A stretch of DNA of 64,000 bases, from contig CBDAOC010000020.1 in NCBI GenBank assembly GCA_965197925.1, forward strand, positions 544,001 through 608,000, read 5' to 3'. The position numbers were made by a program, and so were the translations under genes. The stretch comes from Nitrososphaerales archaeon (GTDB lineage: Archaea > Thermoproteota > Nitrososphaeria > Nitrososphaerales > UBA213). Every line of letters begins with the position of its first letter. Position 1 is the first letter of the stretch. Shown here one piece after another: positions 31,943 through 41,112 of this stretch. The notes beneath the pieces are model-generated. The model was not told the DNA's origin. It worked only from the letters and a program-made list of their open reading frames with translations, and searched no databases.

Positions 31943-32753
31943 TTACTCTACTCTCCATGGTCCTTTGCCACGATTCATTATCAAATGTAACAGCTATGGA
32001 TCTTGGCAACATATCTTCAGGTGGTGACCTCCTTTGCTCATTTGGAATTATGTAGATCAATTCCTTTAGCGGATCTACCTCCATGCCCGCATATCCCTCA
32101 GAGACTAGAAAACTTGTGAGATAGGCTCTCCGTACAGAATCTTCATATGATTTGGATCCGATAAATTCCCAGTAAGGAATCTTATTCTCAATAAACTCGG
32201 TCCGTTTTTGCAATAGCTCATCCCAAAGGATTTGTAAACCAGCATCAAATTCCTCCAAACTCAAGACTTCCATTTTTATCAATTCTTCAACTGTGAGGTA
32301 TTCTGTTTCGATTAAAGTGTCCCCATTAAGTTTCCCAATTCTGTCCTTAATCAGTGGTAGCCTATTCCAATAATCAAGTGCTTGTATAATCTTGTCGGGT
32401 GATATTTGATTAAGGCTTACAATCGGATGAATGCTCTGCATTAGTATAGATGCCAATGTTTCTTCTGATATCATCTTTAGCTTCAATTCCACAAGAAACG
32501 GATCAACGTGAAGTGTTGAAGCCTTGTGTTTTATCCATTCTGCTTGTAACCTAATAAGTCCGGTTATTCCCCTAAGGGCTTCAATATCAAGCAACAACTC
32601 GTCAAGCTTCTTCCACTGGGGTAGGTAATTCTTCAGGGTTCTGAGAGAGGAATTCACATCAATATTAAACGGATCAAATCCTTCCTTCTCTACTGCCTTA
32701 CAGAGTTCTATTATCCTTATGATTTCTTCATAATTTAACTTCTTGTCGTCCAT
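31935..32753 (-). CDS. Putative kleisin (ScpA/Nse4-like)
   Basis: N-terminal DPFNIDV...LIRLQAEWI and C-terminal VRRAYLTSFLVSEGYAGMEVDPLKELIYI resemble the conserved ends of archaeal ScpA. Confidence 0.75.
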   Translation of the reverse strand: MDDKKLNYEEIIRIIELCKAVEKEGFDPFNIDVNSSLRTLKNYLPQWKKLDELLLDIEALRGITGLIRLQAEWIKHKASTLHVDPFLVELKLKMISEETLASILMQSIHPIVSLNQISPDKIIQALDYWNRLPLIKDRIGKLNGDTLIETEYLTVEELIKMEVLSLEEFDAGLQILWDELLQKRTEFIENKIPYWEFIGSKSYEDSVRRAYLTSFLVSEGYAGMEVDPLKELIYIIPNEQRRSPPEDMLPRSIAVTFDNESWQRTMESRVNV

Positions 32754-32754
32754 T

Positions 32755-34770
32755 CTAACTCACCATCTTTATTGAAGATTTACTGTAAACATTTTGAACA
32801 AATATCAAATGAACATCACTCTCCATTACTGTCAGTTGTGAAGGAGTTATCACCAAGTATTGACTTTCCGGCTTGGATCTGATATGTGAAAAGATCATCT
32901 TCAGTAAGGCCTCTCTATTTTTAGGATCCAGATGAACATCAAATTCATCAACCGCTCTAAATGGTGATAGTACACGTTGCTGCAATGAAAGCAAAAATGC
33001 CATTACTGCTACTCCCCTCTCACCTCCGCTTTGTGTATAAGCATCAAGGACCACCATTGGCGAGCCTCTAAAACCCACGAGCAGTTCAAGTCCAGCCTTT
33101 TCTATATCACCCATTTCGACGAGCCTAACTATACCTGTTCCACTTGTCCTTGAAAGTAATTCTTGATAGACAGGGCTAATCTGTTCTATAAGGTTCTCTA
33201 ATGTTTGCTTCCACACCTTCTTCCTTTCTTCAAGGTTGCTCATGGTTTTATTCTTGTTCTCTACGAGTACTCTGAGCTTATCTTCAAACTCTACATAAGA
33301 AGCAGAGAATTTGCTGTAAATTGTCTCTGTATCTTCGGCGATTTCGCCCAAACTCTTGATATGAGCATCGATAATCTTAATCTCTTCTGATACTTCTGTG
33401 GGAGAACGATCCGTTTGTATTCTTGGAATTGTGTTTTCGGCTTGTGGAATCACTAAATTCAGCTGCTCTTGATTTTCCTTTATGGACCTCTCCATGTCGG
33501 TGATTTCATGTTCAATATTCTTGCGTTTGACACTCAGCAAAGCCTCATCCACCTTAAGTGAAACAAACTTACTAATAGTAGATTGTGTGTGTTCTTCTCC
33601 CTTTGTTATGTCATCATGAATTGACTTTATTTCATCATCATAGTACTTTATCTTAGCACTAAGTTCGTTATTTTTTGAAGATAAGGAATCAATTGTGTAT
33701 CTTATTTCATCAATCTTTGCACTTAACACCCTTGTACCATCCTCATCACTGAATGCAAGTGCCTCTTCTGGAATGCTAATTGCAGAGTTCAAAAATCCTT
33801 TGGTTTCTTTGAATGTCTCAATTCTCGCCAAAATATTAGATCTCTCCCTCTCTTGTCTGATCATCGCAAAGTATAATTTTCTCTGCTCAATTTGAGCGGC
33901 CTCGAGACTCGTATTTGTGTTCATTGCAAGCTCTTGAGTCCTCTGTATTTTTTCCATAACATCGTTAAGGGTATTTCTTCTTTTTTCTATTCTTTCCCTA
34001 AGTGAGTGCAAGACATCCTCAAGCTTTATTACTTGAACCCATCCAAGCTCTCCACCAAGAAAATCCTTTCGTTGCAACAATTCTTTTCTCTTAAGAAACC
34101 TTTCATGCATTTCTTTCCAGTATTCAAGTGTTTGACCAGCATTTTCAAGAATCTTTGATAATCCTGTCTCTTCTGTAATCAATGACGATAGTTTTTGTTG
34201 AGATTCGAATATTCCTTCCCTATACTCCTCAAATCCAACTGCTTCCTCAACCATCTTGAGTTTTTCCTCCGTTGAGGTTATGCTGAATTCTTCTACCATT
34301 CCTTGATGCATAATTATCAAAAGATTATCAGGATTTATTCCGAACTGCCTGAATAATCTTGAAACCTCGCTTCTGCTCATATCTCTGTAATCTGCTTCAT
34401 ACCAGTAGGTGCCGTTCGACTTTAGATACCTGGAAAGCATGAATGTATCAGATTTGCTAAATGGAATTGGTCGTTTCCCGTTTTGTATTTTGTTATTGAA
34501 TAATAAACTAATCCTTGCAATATCCTTTCCTCTTCTTATCAAATCACTCAGCTTTCTGGATCTTTCAGTGTAAGCCTGACCTAATGCTACCGATATTCCC
34601 ATCAATATTGTAGATTTTCCAGCACCATTTGGTCCTGTTATAACATTAATACCTTGTTTAAGTGGTATTCTACCATATTCATAACTCATAAAGTTTTCAA
34701 GAATGATCTCTGATATGATGGGTAGTGTCTGCGAATATCGTTGAGAGATTACACGTTTCTCAGCTTCCAA
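32755..34770 (-). CDS. Short SMC-family ATPase with Smc5/6-type head motifs, no recognisable hinge
   Basis: LENFMSY, Walker A GPNGAGKST, Q-loop MHQG, coiled coil, signature QSGGER, Walker B/D-loop PFRAVDEFDVHLD, QYLVITP. Only 671 aa. Confidence 0.92.
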   Translation of the reverse strand: MEAEKRVISQRYSQTLPIISEIILENFMSYEYGRIPLKQGINVITGPNGAGKSTILMGISVALGQAYTERSRKLSDLIRRGKDIARISLLFNNKIQNGKRPIPFSKSDTFMLSRYLKSNGTYWYEADYRDMSRSEVSRLFRQFGINPDNLLIIMHQGMVEEFSITSTEEKLKMVEEAVGFEEYREGIFESQQKLSSLITEETGLSKILENAGQTLEYWKEMHERFLKRKELLQRKDFLGGELGWVQVIKLEDVLHSLRERIEKRRNTLNDVMEKIQRTQELAMNTNTSLEAAQIEQRKLYFAMIRQERERSNILARIETFKETKGFLNSAISIPEEALAFSDEDGTRVLSAKIDEIRYTIDSLSSKNNELSAKIKYYDDEIKSIHDDITKGEEHTQSTISKFVSLKVDEALLSVKRKNIEHEITDMERSIKENQEQLNLVIPQAENTIPRIQTDRSPTEVSEEIKIIDAHIKSLGEIAEDTETIYSKFSASYVEFEDKLRVLVENKNKTMSNLEERKKVWKQTLENLIEQISPVYQELLSRTSGTGIVRLVEMGDIEKAGLELLVGFRGSPMVVLDAYTQSGGERGVAVMAFLLSLQQRVLSPFRAVDEFDVHLDPKNREALLKMIFSHIRSKPESQYLVITPSQLTVMESDVHLIFVQNVYSKSSIKMVS

Positions 34771-34827
34771 GACAAATGTCTCTACTTCTCACTCTTTAAT
34801 AAATTCAAGGCAACTCGCATACGAACA

Positions 34828-34859
34828 TAGCACTGGAAAGAACTAGCACTGGAAAGAAC
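34828..34859. repeat. 16-bp tandem duplication (TAGCACTGGAAAGAAC x2) in the divergent promoter region
   Basis: Exact adjacent copies between the SMC start and the 34887 gene. Confidence 0.9.
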
Positions 34860-34886
34860 TTAAACCTGTGAACAAATAGACTTGAC

Positions 34887-35576
34887 GTGGTCTTAGCAGC
34901 AAAGATCTTTCTCATCAAGAATAGAACCGATTTGGAAGACATCCTAATCAAAGTAAGAGATCATAAGAGTAAAGAAATATTTGAACGTGGTGATAAAACT
35001 ATCGAGCTTCTAACCGAAGTAAGGGATCTGAACATGGCAGAAGATTCTTTTAACGGAGTCTTCGCACAGGATCAGATAATTTACATAGGACATCATGGTG
35101 AAATGATCCCTACTCCCAGAACCATGGTGGCTCCATTTACCTTTAACAAGGTAAATGACATCATACTATTGACAGTTCTGGAAAAAAAGAGAAGGGCAAA
35201 CTTGGTAGCCAATAGTCTAAGTAAAGTGGTATACCTTACTACTGGGCAAATAGTTGAAGCGAAGATATCACCTGAAACTTTGCAAAAGTTCCATCAAGAA
35301 AATTTTGACGACACAAAAATAATATTCTTTGATGATGTTGATATACCAAATATAAACAAACTCTCTCTTTACGGTTCTGCACTTGGTAATACATCTCTTT
35401 ATACGGATTACCTCAGCCATGGCAAATTATGGTACACGGTTATAAGTTCTAAGAAATATGGTCACATTGCAGGGATAACGAGGAATTGTGGAGTTACAGT
35501 TTTTAGCAAGGTAGAACAGTCGGAGTTCATTAATTATATCAAGAGTGAGATCTTTCCCCTGATAAGTGTTTCATAA
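34887..35576 (+). CDS. Uncharacterised alpha/beta protein, head-to-head with the SMC operon
   Basis: Clean 229-aa ORF with TTTAAA-like CTTAAA about 25 nt upstream. No family recognised. Confidence 0.8.
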   Translation: MVLAAKIFLIKNRTDLEDILIKVRDHKSKEIFERGDKTIELLTEVRDLNMAEDSFNGVFAQDQIIYIGHHGEMIPTPRTMVAPFTFNKVNDIILLTVLEKKRRANLVANSLSKVVYLTTGQIVEAKISPETLQKFHQENFDDTKIIFFDDVDIPNINKLSLYGSALGNTSLYTDYLSHGKLWYTVISSKKYGHIAGITRNCGVTVFSKVEQSEFINYIKSEIFPLISVS

Positions 35577-36088
35577 ACTAGATAAAATATTCATGCAACC
35601 ATTCTACAAATATTTTATAGGTCCCTCATTCATACTACCCTTGCAGGATTAGGTTCTGCATGCTGTATAGAGATTGTTGCTTTTCTTATACATGGAATGT
35701 AATATTTGTCCCCTTAACGAATAAAGTATATCTTTGGCAAATTTATCATACCTATCTTATTTCATAAGTAGACATTAACATGTATAGCATGATCTCTTGG
35801 TGTTATTCTTAATACAATGGGCTAAAATCTAGGTAAGTTGTATTGCTGACTTGATTACAAGCATTGTTCTATTTGCCCAAGGATAATCATCCTAAGCATA
35901 AGGTTATCCAATTGACCTATTAATGATCTAACTGATAAGACAATCGTGGTCCAATCAATGATGCAGATTTCAGTAAATCTTGGATTCGTAATAACTTTTT
36001 AGTACGAAAATCATCGCATAATGTAGAATGCAAGTCAAAAGTGCTATATGCTAGTTTACATAATTATCCTCGATCAGAAGAGACGTAT

Positions 36089-36958
36089 ATGATCAAGATA
36101 ATTCCGAATGAACCAGCGTTGTTACTTAAGACAGGAAGAGAAAAAACCCTCATCATCCCAGATCTCCATCTCGGTTTTGAAAAGGAGCTTGCTGAAAGAG
36201 GAATTGCCTATCCCTCGCAGACAGGGAAAATATTCAAAAGGTTAAAGGATTTACTGGATGAACTAAAACCAGATCGCATGATCTTCTTGGGAGATATCAA
36301 GCACGGAACATCAATGATTCTGCAAAATGAGTGGAGGGAAATTCCAGGATTCTTTGAAAAATTGCTTAGATACGTGGATAAAATACAGGTGATTCCAGGT
36401 AATCATGATGGCCATCTGGAAAAACTGATTCCGAAGAAGATAGATCTTGCGCCTGTAAGAGGATTAACCTTGCAAGATGGCAGAAAAAAGATATCGCTTG
36501 TTCATGGGCATGCCTGGCCTATGCAAGAATCATTCAATTGTGACGAGTTGATAATGGCACATCATCATTTTACGATAATGTTGAGGGACTCATCCGGCCT
36601 AAGATCTTTTGAACCCATTTGGGTAATAGCTAGATGGAATAAGGCCAAAATGGCTACATCTTACCTTAAAGCAAGGGGGGTGAGAACCCGTACCGATCCT
36701 CTTAAACTCTTCAAAAAGACCTTTGGCATAAATATCAAAAGTCCCAGGATAGTAGTCATGCCCACTTTTAACAAAATGCTGGGAGGGATTGCCATAAATC
36801 AAAAAGAGCCTGATAAGAAGTATCTGGGCCCGATATTCAAGTCGGGTTCCATAGATATGAGTAATTCAGAGCTCTATCTCTTAGATGGCACCTATCTTGG
36901 AATTTTATCCAGGAACAAAGATTTCGGGGGTAAAGTTACTTCAATAGGCGTTCTATAG
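36089..36958 (+). CDS. Calcineurin-like metallophosphoesterase (archaeal SbcD-related, Lhr-associated type)
   Basis: DLHLG, GDIKH, GNHDG, HGH, AHHH, VMPTFN, YLLDGTYLG. Start placed at MIKIIPNEP. Confidence 0.9.
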   Translation: MIKIIPNEPALLLKTGREKTLIIPDLHLGFEKELAERGIAYPSQTGKIFKRLKDLLDELKPDRMIFLGDIKHGTSMILQNEWREIPGFFEKLLRYVDKIQVIPGNHDGHLEKLIPKKIDLAPVRGLTLQDGRKKISLVHGHAWPMQESFNCDELIMAHHHFTIMLRDSSGLRSFEPIWVIARWNKAKMATSYLKARGVRTRTDPLKLFKKTFGINIKSPRIVVMPTFNKMLGGIAINQKEPDKKYLGPIFKSGSIDMSNSELYLLDGTYLGILSRNKDFGGKVTSIGVL

Positions 36959-37029
36959 TTTTGGCCGTTTTACGACGATAAACAAGAGCATTGTTTCATA
37001 TGAATAAATAATTCCTATGTAGAATCAAG

Positions 37030-37069
37030 GCCCGACAGACTACCTTGAACAAGGTAATTTCTGTCGGGC
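37030..37069. repeat. GC-rich inverted repeat / hairpin at the left edge of the island
   Basis: GCCCGACAGA-c-TACCTTG-aa-CAAGGTA-att-TCTGTCGGGC, with 10-bp and 7-bp perfect stems. Confidence 0.8.
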
Positions 37070-37276
37070 TGCATGGGCCGTGGCCGTACCGGGCATTTGG
37101 TTGTGATGAGACGAAACAAAACCAAGCATATCAGGTTGAAAATATTATGGTATTAGGTTTATTTATGCTAACATATGATGCCAGGCCAAGTAATTTTTCA
37201 ATTTTTTTATATTCTAAATCCTTTTGTTATATAATAATTATACCAATTGGATGCTTGCGGGCCAAGGGTTTTAAGA

Positions 37277-37483
37277 CCATATCCATTACACATCATAATG
37301 GACATGGAAAACAATATTTCATCACAGATGGGTATGGCCGTAAACCAAATGCAGAAGGCAAAGCAGAAATTCGACAAAGACCCTGCCGATGAAAGTGTGG
37401 ATGACGATCTTATCAGTGCCCTGGACTTTATGGTGATGGCAATCAGACTGTACAAAAATTATAGAAAAACCGATGTTGTATAA
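37277..37483 (+). CDS. Small hypothetical helical protein
   Basis: MDMENNISSQ...DLISALDFMVMAIRLYKNY, with TTTTAAG upstream of this ATG. Confidence 0.5.
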   Translation, partial: PYPLHIIMDMENNISSQMGMAVNQMQKAKQKFDKDPADESVDDDLISALDFMVMAIRLYKNYRKTDVV

Positions 37484-37510
37484 ACATAAGAAATTACACC
37501 CCAAAAACTT

Positions 37511-37574
37511 TTCTTTATACAACTATATCATAATGCGAGTTCTTTATACAACTATATCATAATGCGAGTTCTTT
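37511..37574. repeat. 29-bp tandem duplication (TTCTTTATACAACTATATCATAATGCGAG x2)
   Basis: Exact adjacent copies plus a partial third (TTCTTT). Confidence 0.92.
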
Positions 37575-37791
37575 CATGATAAACGGCATCGGTGGAAATA
37601 TCATTAGACTTGCAACCAGAAAAATGCAGCAGAGTTCTACACAACCAAACTAGGATTTGATCTTAGGGTGGATATGCAATTACCTGGGAAAGATTGGATC
37701 GAGGCGGCTCCCAAGTTTGAAATAATGTAAAGATCCTTACACTGGAAAGTAGTTAATAACAAGTAACCACCGAAAGAACCAAAGAATCCAA

Positions 37792-40700
37792 ATGCCTGCA
37801 AAACCAACAAACACCGATGACACGACGGATGTTCCCGAGAAGATCGTGGGCATACTCTCGCTAATCGGTGCAACCCCGGAATACAAAACGATCCAGGAAA
37901 AATGGTGGGTAGCGTACAAGAATCGTGGTTGGAGGGGTTACAGTTTTCGCCGGGGGAATGACAAGGACTCCCTGGTGCCGATATTTCTCTTTGAGCATGA
38001 CGTAAAGACGGCAAGGGAGACAAGGGATGTTACATCAGAGATTTCCAACTGTATCGCAATCTTTCATCTAAAGTCCGAATACAGCATCTTCTTCAAATCC
38101 GGCGGCGAGAGCACCCTCTTCAAGCTTGACAGCGATGACGCGTACGAACACATCCTTGCGGCCCTGAATTTGGCCGATTATGCCTCTGCATCCACCAGAA
38201 TGGAGATGAGGATCCGCATCAAAAGGACGATAAATAATATTCCGACCACGACCCAGAACTTTAACAACAAGGGCGTATTCTCCACCCATTATCTAAAGAA
38301 CCGGCTCTTTACGGACATGGATATCAACGTCGATGATTTTAGGGACGTGTGGGAGGGAAACGCAAAAAAATCTCTTGCCTGTCTTGGGTGGACCAGTTTG
38401 GAAGGTGAAAACGGCGTGTACCGCTCAAGCACGACCAGGGCAGTATCAATCGTTGTTGCAGACCATGGGCAGGACTTTGGCGTACGGAGAAATGCAGGTG
38501 ATGTCGCTCCAAGTTACCGCGCCGTTGCAGAGCTGAGGAACACGCCGTGGGTGATGCTGACAAACGGTACCGTATGGCGGCTTTACACCACCAGGGTGTC
38601 GGCATCAACCACCAATTATTTTGAGATAAACCTAGCAGTGCAGAAGGAGATAATTCTGCGCTATCTTGCCGTAATGTTTGGCGCTGCATCATACCTGGTC
38701 CAAAAAGGCAAGACCGGCATTGACACGATATTTGATGAGGGGAAAAACTACGTTCAGGAGCTGGAGGATAATCTTGCAGACAGGATACTGAGACCGGACG
38801 GCGTTTTTGTTGATATGGTGAAAGGCGTCCTTGGTCACGACATGAGAAAACAGTTCGGAGCGGGAGAACTGGCCACTGCAAAGGAGATCGCGCTGAAGAT
38901 CATGTATCGCGTGTGGTTCTTGCTGTATGCAGAATCGCGTGACCTGCTGCCCGTCAGGGACGAGAAATACAAACCGCTATCCCTGATGTCACTGCGGAAC
39001 AGACTCGACCATATGGATGACAACCCCGACGGGACAAAATGCTGGGATGATGTCCTAGGACTGTTTGATGGAGTAAGGAACGGCAGTCCAGAACACAACC
39101 TGCCGCAGTACAACGGCGAACTCTTCAAGCACCTGCCGGAGATTGACGGCATCCGCATGAAAAACAGGTTTTTTGTACGCGCACTGCGAGGGCTGATTGA
39201 AAAGGACGGCGAACCGATGGACTATGCCAGTCTGGGCGTAAGACATCTCGGATACATCTACGAAACCCTGATGGAGTTTGCAGTGAGGCAGGCAGAAAAA
39301 GACATCATGCTGCTTGAAGACAAGGACGGGGTCAGGGAGGTGGAATCAAAGGCCGAATCCACATACTCATACAAGAAGAACGACCTGTACATCATTTCCA
39401 AGAAGGGATCCATGTCAAGAAAATCTTCCGGAACCTACTACACCCCGGAAAAGATAGTAGAGTTTCTTGTGATGCGCGGGCTGGAGCCAATCTTCAAGGA
39501 GCGCGAGGAGCTGATTGCGGACGATCTAAAGAAGTACAAGCGGGACCGGTCCCCGGAGAATTATCGCGGATGCATGGACAGGCTGCTTGACATCCAGGTG
39601 CTTGACCCCTCCATGGGAAGCGGTCACTTTCTTGTCGAGGCGCTAAACAGGATTACGCAGTGGGCAACAGGAATACTGGAGAGGCATCCGGAACATCCCC
39701 TTCTCCGCGAAATTGAGGATGACAGACGGTTGATCATCTCAACACAAAAGGAAGGGGGAGTCGTGATAAACCCCGGCCTGCTCACGCATGACGTTCTCCT
39801 GAAGCGCAGAATAATGAAGCGGTGCATCTTCGGGGTTGACGTCAACCCGCTTGCGGTAGAGCTTGCAAGGGTGTCTTTGTGGCTTGACTCGTTTGCGATA
39901 GGCGTGCCGTTGACGTACGTGAACCATCACATCAAGGTTGGTGATTCGACCATTGGCGCGTGGCGCAGGGATGTTGAAGATGCACGAAACCGGTCACTTG
40001 ACGACTGGGTGGAGACCACCAATAGGGCCGGGGAGATCATTGCACGCGTAAGCAATAGTGCGGATGTAACCATTGACCAGGTTCGCTCCAGCGAGGACGC
40101 GCACAATGAATATGAGAAGGTAATGAACTCATACAAAACCGGACTTGACGTATATTCTGCAACACAAATCGACGGCACGGTAATTCCAAAAAAAGCGAGC
40201 AAGAATCCTGCAGGCTACATTCGCAGATTTGTAGGGCAGAAGGCGAATGACGGGGACATGCGGCAGACGCTCACAAGAACACAAGAACTTCGAAAAAAGT
40301 ACAGATTTTTTCACTGGGAGCTTGAGATGATGGACGCATTCACGGATTCCAGGCACGGTTTTGATCTGGTGGTGGGAAATCCGCCATGGGACAAGGTAAA
40401 GCCGTATGTTGATGAGTTTTTCTCGCAGTATTATCCGGCATTCAAATCACTGAACACAAAGACGAAAAAGACTGCCAAAATGAATAAGCTTCTAAGGGAT
40501 CCTAAAATCAAAACAGGTTATGAAGAGTATCTCCTATCCTTCAAGGAAAAGTCCGCATTCTACAGGACGTATGATCTACAGGGCAAAGGAGACAGGGATC
40601 TGTGGCAGCTGGTATTCGAGCGAATGCTAGGTCTTGTAGGCAAGGGTGGCATGATATCAGTGCTAATCCCGTCACAGATTCTTGCAAATGACGGTTCGAC

Positions 40701-41112
40701 AGAAATGCGAAAACGGATTCTTGACCTGGATATCCAGCAGTTGTATGTCTTTGAGAACAGGAAAAAGATATTTCCAATAGACAGCAGATATAGATTCCTG
40801 CTTTTGAGCGTACGCAACATACCAGGCCCGGATACGTTTCAGGCCGGATTCTACCTCCACCATCTGTCGTCACTTGAAACAGATAAAACAGAGGGAAAAT
40901 TTTATGCCATGTCCAAGCAGACGATACGCAAAACATCCCCGGACACACTACAGATTCCGGAGGTTGGAGACAGTGAACTCGACATATTGAACAGCCTATC
41001 CGGTAATGAGAGTCTGACCTCCGAATCCGATGATGGTTGGGAGGCTGCATTCTCAAGTGGATTTCATAAAGGAAACGATGCACATCTTCTAAAAGAATGT
41101 GGTGGGGGCTAA
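37792..41112 (+). CDS. Eco57I/Type IIG-like N6-adenine DNA methyltransferase, N-terminal and catalytic part
   Basis: LTNGTVWRLY, YNGELF, LGYIYETL, RKSSGTYYTP, motif I VLDPSMGSGHFL, FGVDVNPLAVELA, FFHWELE, motif IV VVGNPPW. Confidence 0.9.
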   Translation: MPAKPTNTDDTTDVPEKIVGILSLIGATPEYKTIQEKWWVAYKNRGWRGYSFRRGNDKDSLVPIFLFEHDVKTARETRDVTSEISNCIAIFHLKSEYSIFFKSGGESTLFKLDSDDAYEHILAALNLADYASASTRMEMRIRIKRTINNIPTTTQNFNNKGVFSTHYLKNRLFTDMDINVDDFRDVWEGNAKKSLACLGWTSLEGENGVYRSSTTRAVSIVVADHGQDFGVRRNAGDVAPSYRAVAELRNTPWVMLTNGTVWRLYTTRVSASTTNYFEINLAVQKEIILRYLAVMFGAASYLVQKGKTGIDTIFDEGKNYVQELEDNLADRILRPDGVFVDMVKGVLGHDMRKQFGAGELATAKEIALKIMYRVWFLLYAESRDLLPVRDEKYKPLSLMSLRNRLDHMDDNPDGTKCWDDVLGLFDGVRNGSPEHNLPQYNGELFKHLPEIDGIRMKNRFFVRALRGLIEKDGEPMDYASLGVRHLGYIYETLMEFAVRQAEKDIMLLEDKDGVREVESKAESTYSYKKNDLYIISKKGSMSRKSSGTYYTPEKIVEFLVMRGLEPIFKEREELIADDLKKYKRDRSPENYRGCMDRLLDIQVLDPSMGSGHFLVEALNRITQWATGILERHPEHPLLREIEDDRRLIISTQKEGGVVINPGLLTHDVLLKRRIMKRCIFGVDVNPLAVELARVSLWLDSFAIGVPLTYVNHHIKVGDSTIGAWRRDVEDARNRSLDDWVETTNRAGEIIARVSNSADVTIDQVRSSEDAHNEYEKVMNSYKTGLDVYSATQIDGTVIPKKASKNPAGYIRRFVGQKANDGDMRQTLTRTQELRKKYRFFHWELEMMDAFTDSRHGFDLVVGNPPWDKVKPYVDEFFSQYYPAFKSLNTKTKKTAKMNKLLRDPKIKTGYEEYLLSFKEKSAFYRTYDLQGKGDRDLWQLVFERMLGLVGKGGMISVLIPSQILANDGSTEMRKRILDLDIQQLYVFENRKKIFPIDSRYRFLLLSVRNIPGPDTFQAGFYLHHLSSLETDKTEGKFYAMSKQTIRKTSPDTLQIPEVGDSELDILNSLSGNESLTSESDDGWEAAFSSGFHKGNDAHLLKECGGG

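Noticed and set aside
31370..34770. Calling the SMC operon Wadjet (JetABCD), MukBEF or Rad50-Mre11
   Set aside because: There is no JetD/Toprim gene, the ATPase is much shorter than JetC or MukB, there is no CxxC hook, and the head signature is Smc5/6-like.
37511..37574. 29-bp (and 53-bp at 53740) repeats as a possible CRISPR array
   Set aside because: The copies are directly adjacent with no spacers, and there are no cas genes in the window.
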